Shown here: piece by piece, positions 16,601-40,563 of the stretch
Numbering within the stretch: position 1 is the first letter of the stretch
How the letters are laid out: each line of letters opens with the position of its first letter
From: the human T2T-CHM13v2.0 reference genome, Homo sapiens
Strand: one strand, 5' to 3'
Assembly (NCBI RefSeq): GCF_009914755.1
Contig: NC_060939.1
Length of the DNA stretch: 64,000 nucleotides
The notes under the pieces: model-generated
Databases searched by the model: none
What the model was told of the DNA's origin: nothing
The model's input: the letters and a program-made list of their open reading frames with translations, nothing else
Position numbers and translations under genes: made by a program

Positions 16601-17104
16601 TACAATTGTCTGGGCTTTGCCTACAGTGGGCTTTGTGATATACATTTCCACTGATCAAACAGGTGATGTAACCCTTGTCAAGGTTCTGCTTACAGGGGCT
16701 TTGTGACATATCTCTACACTGATCACCCCAGGGAGGAAACACTTGTCTACACTCTGCCTCCTGGAGGCTTTATGACTTATCCCTGCACTTATCACTAGGT
16801 GATGTAACACTTGTCTAGGCTCTGTCTACACAGGAATTTTCACATATCTCTACAATGATCACCTAAGTGATGTAACCCTTGTCTAGGTTCAGCCTACTGG
16901 GGATTTCTGACATACCTAAGCACTGATCACCTAGGTGACATAAATCATTTCCAGGCTTTTTTTACAGGGAACATTGTGAAATATCTCTGCACTGATCACC
17001 CAAATGATGCAAATCTTCTCTAGGCTCCTCAGGGAGGGGCATTGTGACATATTTATGAACCAATCATCCAGGAGGTGTAACTATTCTGCAGGCTGTGTCT
17101 AAAG
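7608..17104. repeat. Beta-satellite block B (~9.5 kb; two cycles of the ordered monomer series)
   Basis: 68-bp monomers; diagnostic monomer CTGTTAACCGAGG...GTGCCCACAGGGGGATTGAG occurs twice (~8400, ~12830). Confidence 0.96.
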
Positions 17105-19850
<2,746 letters not shown>

Positions 19851-22800
19851 ACACATCTCTGAACTGATCAACAAAGTGATTTAACACTTGCCTAGGCTCT
19901 GCCTACCGGGGACATTGTGACATATCTCTGCACTGATCACCCAGGTGATGGGACTTTTGTCTAGGTTCTGCCTATGGGGGCATTGTGACATATCTCTACA
20001 CTGACTACCCAGGTGATGTAACACTTGTGTTGGATCTGCCTATGGAGGCATTGTGACATATTTCTGCACTGATCACCCAGGTGATGGGACCCTTGTCTAG
20101 GCTCTCTGTATGGGGACTTTGTGACATATCTCTGCACTGATCACCCAGGTGATGTAACTCTTTACTAGGCTCTGCCTACGGGGCATAGTGACATATCACT
20201 GCATTGATCACCGAAGTGATGTAACTCTTGTCCAGGCTCTGCCTATGGGGGCCTTGTGACATATCTCTGCACTGATCATCTAGGTGATGAAAGTCTTGCT
20301 TACGCTCTGCCTGCAGGGGCATTGTGAAATATATCTGCACTGATCACCCAGGTGATGGGACTCTTCTCTAGGCTCTGCATACTGAGGGCATTGTCACATA
20401 TTTCTGCACTGATCACCCAGGTGACGTACGGTTGTCTTGGATTTGCCTATGGGGGCATTGTGACATATCTCTGCACTGATCACCCAGGTGATATAACTCT
20501 TCTCTAGGATCTGCCTACAGGGTGCTTTGTGACATATCTCTGCACTGATCACCCAGGTGATCTAACTCTGGTCTAAGCTCTGCCTAAAGGGGCATTGTGA
20601 CAGATCTCTGCACTGATCACTCAGGTGATGTAACTGTTGTCTAGGCTCTACTTAAAGGGACCTTGTCACATATGTCTTCACTGATCACCCAGGTGATGTA
20701 ACTCTTGTCCAGGCTCTGCTTACATGGGGTATTGTGACATATCTCTGCACTGATCAGGTAAGTGATGTAACACTTGTGTAGGCTCGGCCTACAGGGGCAT
20801 TTTGACATATCTCTACACTGTTAACCGAGGTGATGTAACTATTTTCTAGGCTGTGCCCACAGGGGGATTGAGACATATCTCTGCACTGAACCCGAGGTGA
20901 TCCAACTCTTGCCTGGTCTCTGCCTACTGGGGAAATTGTGACATAACTCTGCACTGATCTCCCAGGTGTTGTAACTTTAGTCTAGGCTCTGGCTACACGG
21001 CATTGTGACATATCAATGCACCGATCACCCAGGTGATATAACTGTTGTCTAGGCTCTGCCTACAGGGTTCTTGTGACATATCTCTGCCCTGATCACCCAG
21101 GTGATATAACTTCTCTAGGATCTGCCTACAGGGTGCTTTGTGACATATCCTTGCAATGATCACCCAGGTGATGTACCACTTGTCAAGGCTCAGCCTACAG
21201 GGGCATTGTGATGTATCTCTGCACTGATCACCTAGGTCATGTAACACTTGTCTAGGCTCTGCCTACAGTGGCATTGTGACATATCTCTGCACTGATCATC
21301 CAAGTGATGTAACTGTTGTCTAGGATCTGCCTAAAGGGATTTTGTGACATAACTCTGCATTGATCATCCCGGTTTTTGGATTTTTGTCTACGCTCTGCCT
21401 AAGAGGGCATTGTGACATAATTCTGGACTGATCACCCAGGTGACAGACTCTTGTCTTGGATCTGCCTAAGGGGGCATTGAGACATATCTCTGCACTGATC
21501 ACCCAGGTGATGTAACTGTTGTATTATTTCGGCCTACAGGGGAATTGTGAGAGATCTCGCCACTGATCACCCAAGTGATGTAACTATTGTCAAGGCTTTT
21601 CCTACAAGGGTCTTTGTGACATGCCTTTGCACTGATCACCCAGGTGATGTAACTCATCTAAGTTTTGCCTACAGGAGCTTTGTGACATATCTCTGCACTG
21701 ATCACTTATGTGATGTAACACTTTTATAAGCACTGCCTATAGGGAATTTTGACATATCTCTGCAATGATCACCTAGCTGATGTAACTCTTGTCTATCCTC
21801 TGCCCAAAGGGGGAATTGTGAAATGTCTCTGCACTGATCAACCAGGTGATTCAACACTTGTCTAAGATCTGCCTAAAGTGGTGTTTTCACATATCCCTGA
21901 ACTGATGATAAAGGTGAGGTAACTCTTGCCTAGGCTTTGCCTGCATGGGACATTGTGACATATCTCTGCACTGATCACCCAGGTGATGCAACTCTTCTGT
22001 ATGCTCTGCCTACAGTGTACATTGTGACATATCCCTGCACTGATCACCCAGGTGATGCAGCTCTTCTCTATTCTCTGCCTACAGGGGGCATTGTGACATA
22101 TCTCTGCACTGATCACCCAGGTGATGTAACTCTTGTCTAGGCTCTGCTTACAGGTGTATTGTGACATATCTCTGCACTGATCCCGTAAGTGATGTAACAC
22201 TTGTGTAGGCTCTGCCTACAGGGGCATTTTGACATATCTCTGCACTGTTAACCGAGGTGATGTAACTCTTGTTTAGGCTCTGCCTACAGGGGCCTTGTGA
22301 GGTATCTCTGCACTGATCACCCAGGTGATGTAACTCTTGTCTAGGGTCCACCTACAGGGGGTATTGTGACGTATCTCTGCAGTGAGCACTCAGGTGATGT
22401 AACATTTATCTAGGCTCTGCCTGCAGGGGAGTTTTGAAATAGCTCTGCACAGATCACCTAGATTATGAAACTTTTGTCCACTCTCTGCCTACAGTGGGCA
22501 TTGTGAAATATCTGTTCACTGATCACACGGGTGATGGTACTATTCTCTATACTCTTCCTAGAGGGGGATTTGTGACATATCTCTGCACTGGTCACCCAGG
22601 TGATGGAAGTCTTGTCTAGGCTCTCTCTATGGGGACATTGTATCAAATATCTGCACTGATCACCCAGGTGATGTTACTCTTTTCTTGGCTCCACCTACAG
22701 GGGATATTGTGATGTAACTCTACACAGATCACCTAGGTTATGTAACTCTTTTCCACTGTCTGCCTACAGGGTCATTGTGAACTATCTCTGCACTGAGCAT

Positions 22801-24064
22801 CCAGGTGATAGGACTCTTCTCTATACTCTGCCTGGAGGGGGATTTGTGACATATCTCTGCACTGATTACCCAGGTGATGGAAGTCTTGGCTAAGCTATGT
22901 CTATGGGGGCATTGTGTCAAATATCTGCACTGATCACCCAGGTGATGTATCTCTTTTCTCGGTTCTGTCTACAGGGATTTTTGTCACATATGACTGCACT
23001 GATCACCTAGGTGATGTAAGCCTTGTATGCACTTTGCCTATAGAAGGCTTTATGACACATCTATGCACTGATCTCTGAGGTGATGCAACTCTTCTCTAGG
23101 CACTGCCTACACGGGACATTGGTACAAATCTCTGCACTGATCACCCAGGTGATGGACTCTTGTCTTAGATCTGCCTAAATGGACATTGTGACATCTCTGA
23201 ACTGATCAACCAAGTGATGAAACTCTTGTCTAGGCTCTGCCTACAGGGGCTTTGTGACACATCTCTGCACTGATCACCCTGGGGAGGGAACTCTTGTCTA
23301 TGCTCTGCCTACAGGAGGCTTTATGACTTATAGCTGCACTGATAACCTAGTTGATTTAACACCTGTCTAGGCTCTGCCTTCACGGGAATTCTCACATATC
23401 TCTGCGCTGATCACCCGGGTGATGTAACCCCTGTCTAGGTTCAGCCTACAGGAGCGTTTTGACATATCTCTGCACTGATCACCCAGGTGATGTAACCCTC
23501 GTCTAAGCTCTGCCTACAGGGGCATTGTGACAGATCTCTCCACTGCTCACCCAGGTGATGTAACAATTGTCTGGGCTTTGCCTGCGGGGCTTTGTGATAT
23601 ACATTTCCACTGATCAAACAGGTGATGTAACCCTTGTCAAGGTTCTGCTTACAGGGGCTTTGTAACATATCTCTGCACTGATCACCCCAGGGAGGAAACA
23701 CTTGTCTACACTCTGCCTACAGGTGGCTTTACGACTTATCCCTGCACTGATCACTAGGTGAGGTAACACTTGTCTAAGCTCTGTCTACACAGGAATTTTC
23801 ACATATATCTACACTGATCACCTAAGTGATGGAACCCTTGTCTAGATTCAGCCTAACGGGCATTTCTGACATACCTATGCACCGATCACTGAGGTGATGC
23901 AAATCATTTCCAGGCTTTTTGTACAGGGGACATTGTGATATATCTCTGCACTGATCACCCAAATGATGCAAATCTTCTCTAGGCTCTGCAGGGAGGAGGC
24001 ATTGTGACATATTTCTGAACTGATCATCCAGGAGATGTAACTATTCCCCAGTCTTTGACTAAAG
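19851..24064. repeat. Beta-satellite block C (~4.2 kb)
   Basis: 68-bp tandem monomers. Confidence 0.96.
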
Positions 24065-26833
<2,769 letters not shown>

Positions 26834-29800
26834 ACACATCTCTGAACTGATCAACAAAGTGATGTAACACTTGTCTAGGCTCTGCCTACAGGGGTTTTGT
26901 GACATATCTCTACACTGATCACCCAGCTGATGGGACATCTGTCTAGGCTATGCCTGTGGGGGCATTGTGACATATCTCTACACTGATCATCGAGGTGATG
27001 TAACACTTCTGTTGGATCTGCCTATGGGGGCATAGTAACATATAGCTGCACTGATCACCCAGGTGATGGAACACTTGTCTAGACTCTGCTTATGGGGGAT
27101 TTGTGACATATCTCTGAACTGATCACCCAGGTGATGTAACGCTCGACTAGGCTCTGCCTACGGGGCATAGTGACATATCACTGCATTGATCACCGAGGTG
27201 ATGTAACTCTTGTCCAGGCTCTTCCTATAGGGGGACTTGTGACATATCTCTGCACTGATCATCTAGGTGATGTAACTCTTGCTAAAGCTCTCCCTGCAGG
27301 GGCATTGTGAAATGTCTCTGCACTGATCACCCAGGTGAAGGGACTCTTCACTAGGCTCTGCCTACTGGGGGCATTGTCACATATTTCTGCACTGATCAAA
27401 CAGGTGACGGACTCTTGTCTTGGATTTGCCTTTGGGGGCATTTTGACATATCTCTTCACTGATCACCCACGTGATGTAACTCTGGTCTAAGCTCTGCCTA
27501 AAGGGGCATTGTGACAGATCTCTGCAACGATCACTCAGGTGATGTAACTATTGTCTAGGCTATGCTTAAAGGGGCCTTGTCACCTATCTCTGCACTGATC
27601 ACCCAGGTGATGTAACTCTTGTCTAGGCTCTGCTTAAAGGGGGTATTGTGACATATCTCAGCACTGATCACCTAAGTGATGTAACACTTGTGTAGGCTCT
27701 GCCTACAGGGGCATTTTGACATATATCTGCACTGTTAACCGAGGTGACGTTACTCTTGTCTAGGCTATGCCCACAGGGGGATTGAGACATATCTCTGCAC
27801 TGATCCCGAGGTGATCCAACTATTGGCTGGTCTCCACCTACTGGGGACATTGTGACATATTTCTGCACTGATTTCCCAGGAGTTGTAACTTTATTCTAGG
27901 CTCTGGCTACAAGGCATTGTGACATATCACTGGACTGATCACCCAGGTGATATAACACTTGTCTAGGCTCTGCCTACAGGGGCATTGCGATGTATCTCTG
28001 CACTGATCACCTAGGTCATGTAACTCTTGTCTAGGCTCTGCCTACAGTGGCATTGTAACCTATCTTTGCACTGATCACCCAGGTGATTCAACTCTTTTCT
28101 AGGATGTGCCTACAGGGAGTATTGTGAAATGTCTCTGCACTGTTCACCTATGTGATGTAACTCTTGTCTAGGTTCTGCCTACAGGAGCGTTTTCACATAT
28201 CACTGAACTGATGACAAAGGTGATGTAACTCTTGCCTAGGCTTTGCCCACAGGGGACATTGTGACATATATCTGCACTGATCACCCAGATGATGCAACTC
28301 TTCGGTACGCTTTGCCTACAGGGGACATTGGGACATATCCCTGTACTGATCACCCATGTGATGCAACTCTTCTCTATGCTCTGCCTACAGGGTTCATTGT
28401 GACATATTTCTGCACTGATCACCCAGGTGATGTAGCTCTTGTCTAGGCTCCACCTACAGGGAGTATTGTGACATATCTCTGCACTGATCACCCAGGAGAT
28501 GTAACTGTTGTCTAGGCTCCACCTACAGGGGGTATTGTGACGTGTCTCTGCACTGATCACCCAGGTGATGTAACATTTATCTAGGCTCTGCCTACAGGGG
28601 CGTTTTGACAAAGCTCTCCACAGATCACCTAGGTTATGTAACTCTTGTCCACACTCTGCCTACAGGGGGCATTGTGAAATATCTCCGCAATGATCACCCA
28701 GGTGATGGTACTCTTCTCTATACTCTGCCTATAGAGGGATTTGTGACATATCTCTTCACTGATCACCCAGGTGATTGAAGTCTTGTATATGCTCTGTCTA
28801 TGGGGGCATTGTGTCAAATTTCTACACCAATCACCCGGGTGATGTAACTCTTGTGTAGGCTCTGTCTACAGGGATTTTTGTGACGTATCACTGCACTGAT
28901 CACCTAGGTGATGTAAGCCTTGTATGGGCTTTGCATACAGAAGGCTTTGTGACATTTCTATGCACTGATCTCTGAGGTGATGCAACTCTGGTCTAGGCAC
29001 TGCCTACAGGGGACATTGGTACATATCTCTGCACTGATCACCCAGGTGATGGACTCTTGTCTTACATCTGCCTACATGGACATTGTGACATATCTCTGAA
29101 CTGATCAACCAAGTGATGAAACTCTTGTCTAGGCTCTGCCTACATGGGCTTTGTGACACATCTCTGCACTGATCACCCTGGGGAGGGAACTCTTGTCAAC
29201 GCTCTGCCTACAGGAGGCTTTATGACTTATACCTGCACTGATAACCTAGGTGATGTAACACTTGTCTAGGCTCTGCCTACACAGGAATTCTCACATATCT
29301 CTGCACTGATCACCCAGGTGATGTAACTCCTGTCTAGGTTCAGACTACAGGTGTGTTTTGAAATATCTCTGCACTGATCACCCAGTTGATGTAATCCTTG
29401 TCTAAGCTCTGCCTACAGGGGCATTGTGACAGATCTCTCCACTGCTCACCCAGGTGATGTAACAATTGCCTGGGCTTTGCCTACAGGGGGCTTTGTGATA
29501 TACATTTCCACTGATCAAACAGGTGATGTAACCCTTTTCAAGGTTCTGCTTACAGCGGCTTTGGTACATATCTCTGCACTGATCACCCCAGGGAGGAAAC
29601 ACTTGTCTACACTCTGCCTACAGGAGGCTTTACTACTTATCCCTGCACTGATCACTAGGCGATATAACACTTGTCTAGGCTCTGTCTACACCAGAATTTT
29701 CACATATCTCTACACTGATCACCTAAGTGATGGAACCCTTGTCTAGTTTCAGCCTACTGGGGATTTCTGACATACCTATGCACTGATCACCGAGGTGATG

Positions 29801-29964
29801 TAAATCATTTCCAGGTTTTTGTACAAGGGACATTGTGATATATCTCTACTCTGATCACCCAAATGATGCAAATCTTCTCTAGGCTCTGCAGGGAGGGGGC
29901 ATTGTGACATATTTCTGAACCGATCATCGAGGAGATGTAACTATTCTCCAGGCTTTGACTAAAA
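26834..29964. repeat. Beta-satellite block D (~3.1 kb, shortest spacer)
   Basis: 68-bp tandem monomers. Confidence 0.96.
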
Positions 29965-32730
<2,766 letters not shown>

Positions 32731-35700
32731 ACACATCTCTGAACTGATCAACAAAGTGATGTAACAATTGTCTAGGCTCTGCCTACAGGGGCTTTGTGAA
32801 ATATCTCTTCACTGATCACCCAGGTGATGGGACTTTTGTCTAGGCTCTGCCTATGGGGGCATTGTGACATATCTCTACACTGATCACCCAGGTGATGTAA
32901 CTCTTGTGTTGGATCTGCCTATGGGGGCATTGTGACATATTTCTGCACTGATCACCCAGGTGATGGGACACTTGTCTAGGCTCTGTGTATGAGGGCTTTT
33001 TGACATGTCTCTGCACTGATCACACAGGTGATGTAACGCTTGACTAGGCTCTGCCTACGAGGCATAGTGACATATCACTGCATTGTTCACCGAGGTGATG
33101 TAACTCTTCTGCAGGCTCTGACTATAAGGGGCCTTGTGACATATCTCTGCACTGATCATCTAGGTGATGTAACTCTTGCTTATTCTCTGCCTGCAGAGGC
33201 ATTGTGAAATATCTCTGCACTGATCACCCAGGTGACGGGACTCTTCTCTAGGCTGTGCCTCCTGTGGGCATTCTCACATATATCTGCACTGATCACCCAG
33301 GTGACAAACTCTTTTCCTGGATTTGCCTATGGGGTCATTGTGACATATCTCTGCAGTGATCACCCAGGTGATTTAACTCTGGTCTCAGCTCTGCCGAAAG
33401 GGGTATTGTGACAGATTTCTGCACTGATCATTCAGGTGATGTAAGTATTGTCTAGGCTCTGCTTAAAGAGGCATTGTCACATATCTCTGCACTGATCACC
33501 CAGGTGATGTAACTCTTGTCTAGGCTCTGTTTACATTGGGTATTGTGAAATATCTCTGCACTGATCACCTAAGTGATGTAACACTTGTGTAGGCTCTGCC
33601 TACGGGGGCACTTTGACATACCTCTGCACTGTTAACCGAGGTGATGTGACTCTTGCCTAGGCTGTGCCCACAGTGGGATTGAGACATATCTCTGCGCTGA
33701 TTCCGAGGTGATCCAACTCTTGCCTGTTCTCTGCCTACTGGGGACATTGTGAGATATCTCTGCACTGATCTCCCAGGTGCTGTAAATTTAGTCCAGGCTC
33801 CGGCTACATGACATTGTGACATATCACTGCACTGATCACCCAGGTGATATAACTCTTGTTTAGGCTCTGCCTACAGGGGGCTTGTGATATATCCCTACAC
33901 TGATCACCCAGGTGATATAACATTTGTGTAGCCTCTGCCTACAGGGGCTTGTGACATATCTCTACACCGATCACCCACGTGATATAACTCTTCTCTAGGA
34001 TCTGCCTACATTGTGCTTTGTGACATATCCCTGCAATGATGACCCAGGTGATATACCATTGTCAAGGTTCTGCCTACAGTGGCTTTGCGATTTATCTCTG
34101 CACTGATCACCTAGGTCATGCAACTCTTGTCTAGGCTCTGCTTACAGTGGCATTGTGTCATATCTCTGCAATGATCACCCAGGTGATGTAACTATTTTCT
34201 AGGATCTGCCTACTGGGTGCTTTGTGACATATCCCTGCAATGATCACCCAGGTGATGTACCCCTTGTCAAGGCTCTGCCTACAGGGACATTGCGATGTGT
34301 CTCTGCACTCACCACCTAAGACATGTAACCCTTGTCTAGGCTCTGCCTACAGTGGCATTGTGACATATCTCTGCACTCATCATCCAAGTGATGTAACACT
34401 TGTCTTGGATCTGCTTAAAGGGACTTTGTGACATAACTCTGCACTGATCATCCAGGTGATGGGACTTTTGTCTAGGCTCTGCCTAAGGGGGCATTGTGAC
34501 ATATTTCTGCACTGTTCACACAGGTGACCGACTCTTGTCTTGGATCTGCCTATGGGGGCATTGTGACATATCTCTGCACTGGTCACCCAGGTGACGTAAC
34601 TGTTGTATAAGCTCTGCCTACAGGGGAATTGTGAGAGATCTCGCCACTGATTACCCAACTGATTTAACTATTTTCTAGGCTTTGCCTACAGGGGGCTTTG
34701 TGACATACCTTTGCACTGATAAGCCAGGTGATGTAACTCATCTAAGTTCTGCCTAAGGGAGCTTTGTGACATATCTCTGCACTGACCATGTAGGTGATGT
34801 AACACTTTTATAAGCACTGCCTGCAGGGAATTTTGACAAATCTCTGCCCTGATCACCTAGGTGATGTAAATCTTGTCTACCGTCTCCCCAAAGGGGCCAT
34901 TGGGAAATATCTCTGCACTCATAACCCAGGTGATTCTACTCTTGTCTAGGATCTGCCTAAAGGGGGTATTGTGAAATTTCTCTGCACTGATCAACTAGGT
35001 GATGTAACTCTTGTCTAGGCTCTGTCTACCGGGACGTTTTCACATATCCCTGAACTGATGACAAAGGTGATGTAACTCTTGCCTGGGCTTTGCCTACAGG
35101 GGACATTGTGACATATCTCTGTACTGATGACCCAGGTGATGCAACTCTTCTCTATGCTCTGCCTACAGGGGACATTGTGGCACATCTCTGAACTGATCAC
35201 CCAGGTGATGCAACTATTCTCTATGCTCTGCCTACAGGGGGCATTGTGACATATCTCTACACCGATCACCCAGGTGATGTAACTCCTTTCTAGTCTCTGC
35301 CTACATAGGGCGTTGTGACATCACTCTGCACGGATCACCCAGGTTATGTAACTCTTGTCTAGGCTCCGCCTATCAGGGCCTTGTGAATTATCTCTGCACT
35401 GACCACCCAGGAGATGTGACTCTTGTCAATGCTCTGCCTGGAGAGACATTGGGACATATCTCTGTACTGATAACTGAGGTGATGTAAAATTTGTCTAGGC
35501 TTCGCCTACAGTGGGATTTATGACATATCTCTGCACTGATCACCCAGGTGATGTAACTCTTGTCTGGGCTCTGCCTACAGGGGCATTTTCACATATCACT
35601 GCACTGATCACCGAGATGATGTAACTGTTGTATAGGCTTCGCCGACAGGGGACATTGAGACATATCTCTGCACTGATCACCCAGGTGCTGCAACTCTTTT

Positions 35701-37834
35701 CTGGGATCTGCTTACAGGGGGCATTGTGACATATCTCTGCCCTGATCACCCAGGTGATGTAACTCTTGTCTAGGCTCTGCCTACTGGAGGCATTGTGACA
35801 TATCTCCGCACTGATCACCTAGGTGGTGTCATTTTTGTCAAGGATATGGCCAGAGGGACATTGTGACATGTCACTGCACTGATCACACAGCTGATGTAAC
35901 CCTTGTCTAGGCTCTGGATACAGGGGGCTTGTGACACATCTCTGCACTGATCACCCAGGTGATGGAACCGTTGTCTAGGCTCTGCCAAAAGGGGTTATTG
36001 TGACATAACTCTGCAGTGATCACCCAGGTGATTGGACGCTGGTCTAGGCTCTGCCTACAGGGGCATTCTGACATATCTCTGCAGTGATCACGCAGGTGAT
36101 GTAACTCTTGTCTATATCTACCTACTGGTGGAGTTGTGGCATATTTCAGCACTGATCACCCAGGTGATGGACTCTTGTCTTGGATCTGCCTATGGGGGTA
36201 TAGTGACATATCTCTGCACTGATCACTCATGTGATGTAACGCTTGTCTAAGCTGCGCCTAAAGGGGAATTGTGACAGATATCTCCACTGATCACCCAGGT
36301 GATGTATCAATTTTCTGGGATTTGTCTACAGGGAGCTTTGTGACATATCTTTGCACTGATCACCCAGGTGATGTAACTGTTGTCTAGGCTCCACCTACAG
36401 GGGTTATTGTGACGTATCTCTGCACTGATCACCCAGGTGATGTAACATTTATCCAGCCTCTGCCTACAGGAGCGTTTTGGCATATCTCTGCACAGATCAC
36501 CTAGGCTATGTAACTCTTGTCCACTCTCTGCCTACACGGGTCATTGTGAAATATCTCTGCCCTGATCACCCAGGTGATGGTACTCTTCTCTATACACTGC
36601 CTAGAGGGGGATTTGTGACATATCTCTGCACTGATCACCCAGGTGATGGAATTCTTGTCTAGGCTCTGTCTATGAGGGCATTTTGTCAAATATCTGCACT
36701 GATCACCCAGGTGATGTAACTATTCTCTAGGCTCTGTCTACAGGGATTTTAATGACATATCACTGCACTGATCACCTAGGTGATGTAAGCCTTGTATGGG
36801 CTTTGCATACAGAAGGCTTTGTGACATAGTCTATGCACTGATCTCTGAGGTGATGCAACTCTTGTCTAGGCACTGCCTACAGGGGTCATTGATATATATC
36901 TCTGCACTGATCACCCAGGTGATGGACTCTTGTCTTAGATCTGCCTACATGTATATTCTGACGCATCTCTGAACTGATCAACCAAGTGATGAAACACTTG
37001 TCTAGTCTCTGCCTTCAGGGGCTTTGTGACACATCTCTTCACTGATAACCCTGGGGAGGGAACTCTTGTCTACACTCTGCCTACAGGAGGCTTTATGACT
37101 TTTACCTGCACTGATAACCCAGGTGATGTAACACTTGTCTAGGCTCTGCTACAAGGGAATTCTCACATATCTCTGCACTGATCACCCAGGTGATGTAACT
37201 CCTGTCTAGGTTCAGCTACAGGAGCGTTTTGACATATCTCTGCACTGATCACCGAGATGATGTAACCCTTGTCTAACCTCTGCCTAAAGGGGCATTGAGA
37301 CAGATCTCTCCACTGCTCACCCAGGTGTTGTAACAATTGTCTGTGCTTTGCCTACCAGGGGCTTTGTGATATACATTTCCACTGATCAAACAGGTGATGT
37401 AACCCTTGTCAATGTTCTGCTTACAGGGGCTTTGTGACATATCTCTTCCCTGATCACCCCAGGGAGGAAACACTTGTCTACACTCCGCCTACAGGAGGCT
37501 TTACAAACTATCCCTTCACTGATCACTAGGAGATGTAACATTTCTAGGCTCTGTCTACACGGGAATTTTCACATATCTCTGCACTGATCACCTAAGTGAT
37601 GTAACCCTTGTGTTGGTTGAGCCTACTGGGGACTTCTGACATACCTCTGCACTGATCACCGAGGTGATGTAAATCATTTCCAGGCTTTTTGTACAGGGGA
37701 CATTGTGATATATCTCTGCACTTATCACCCAAATAATGCAAATCTTCTCTAGGCTCCACAGGGAGGGGGCATTGTGACATATTTCTGAACTTATCATCCA
37801 GGAGATGTAGCTCTTCTCCAGGCTTTGACTAAAG
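32731..37834. repeat. Beta-satellite block E (~5.1 kb; closest to one complete cycle of the monomer series)
   Basis: 68-bp tandem monomers; main diagnostic variants occur once, in order. Confidence 0.96.
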
Positions 37835-40563
<2,729 letters not shown>

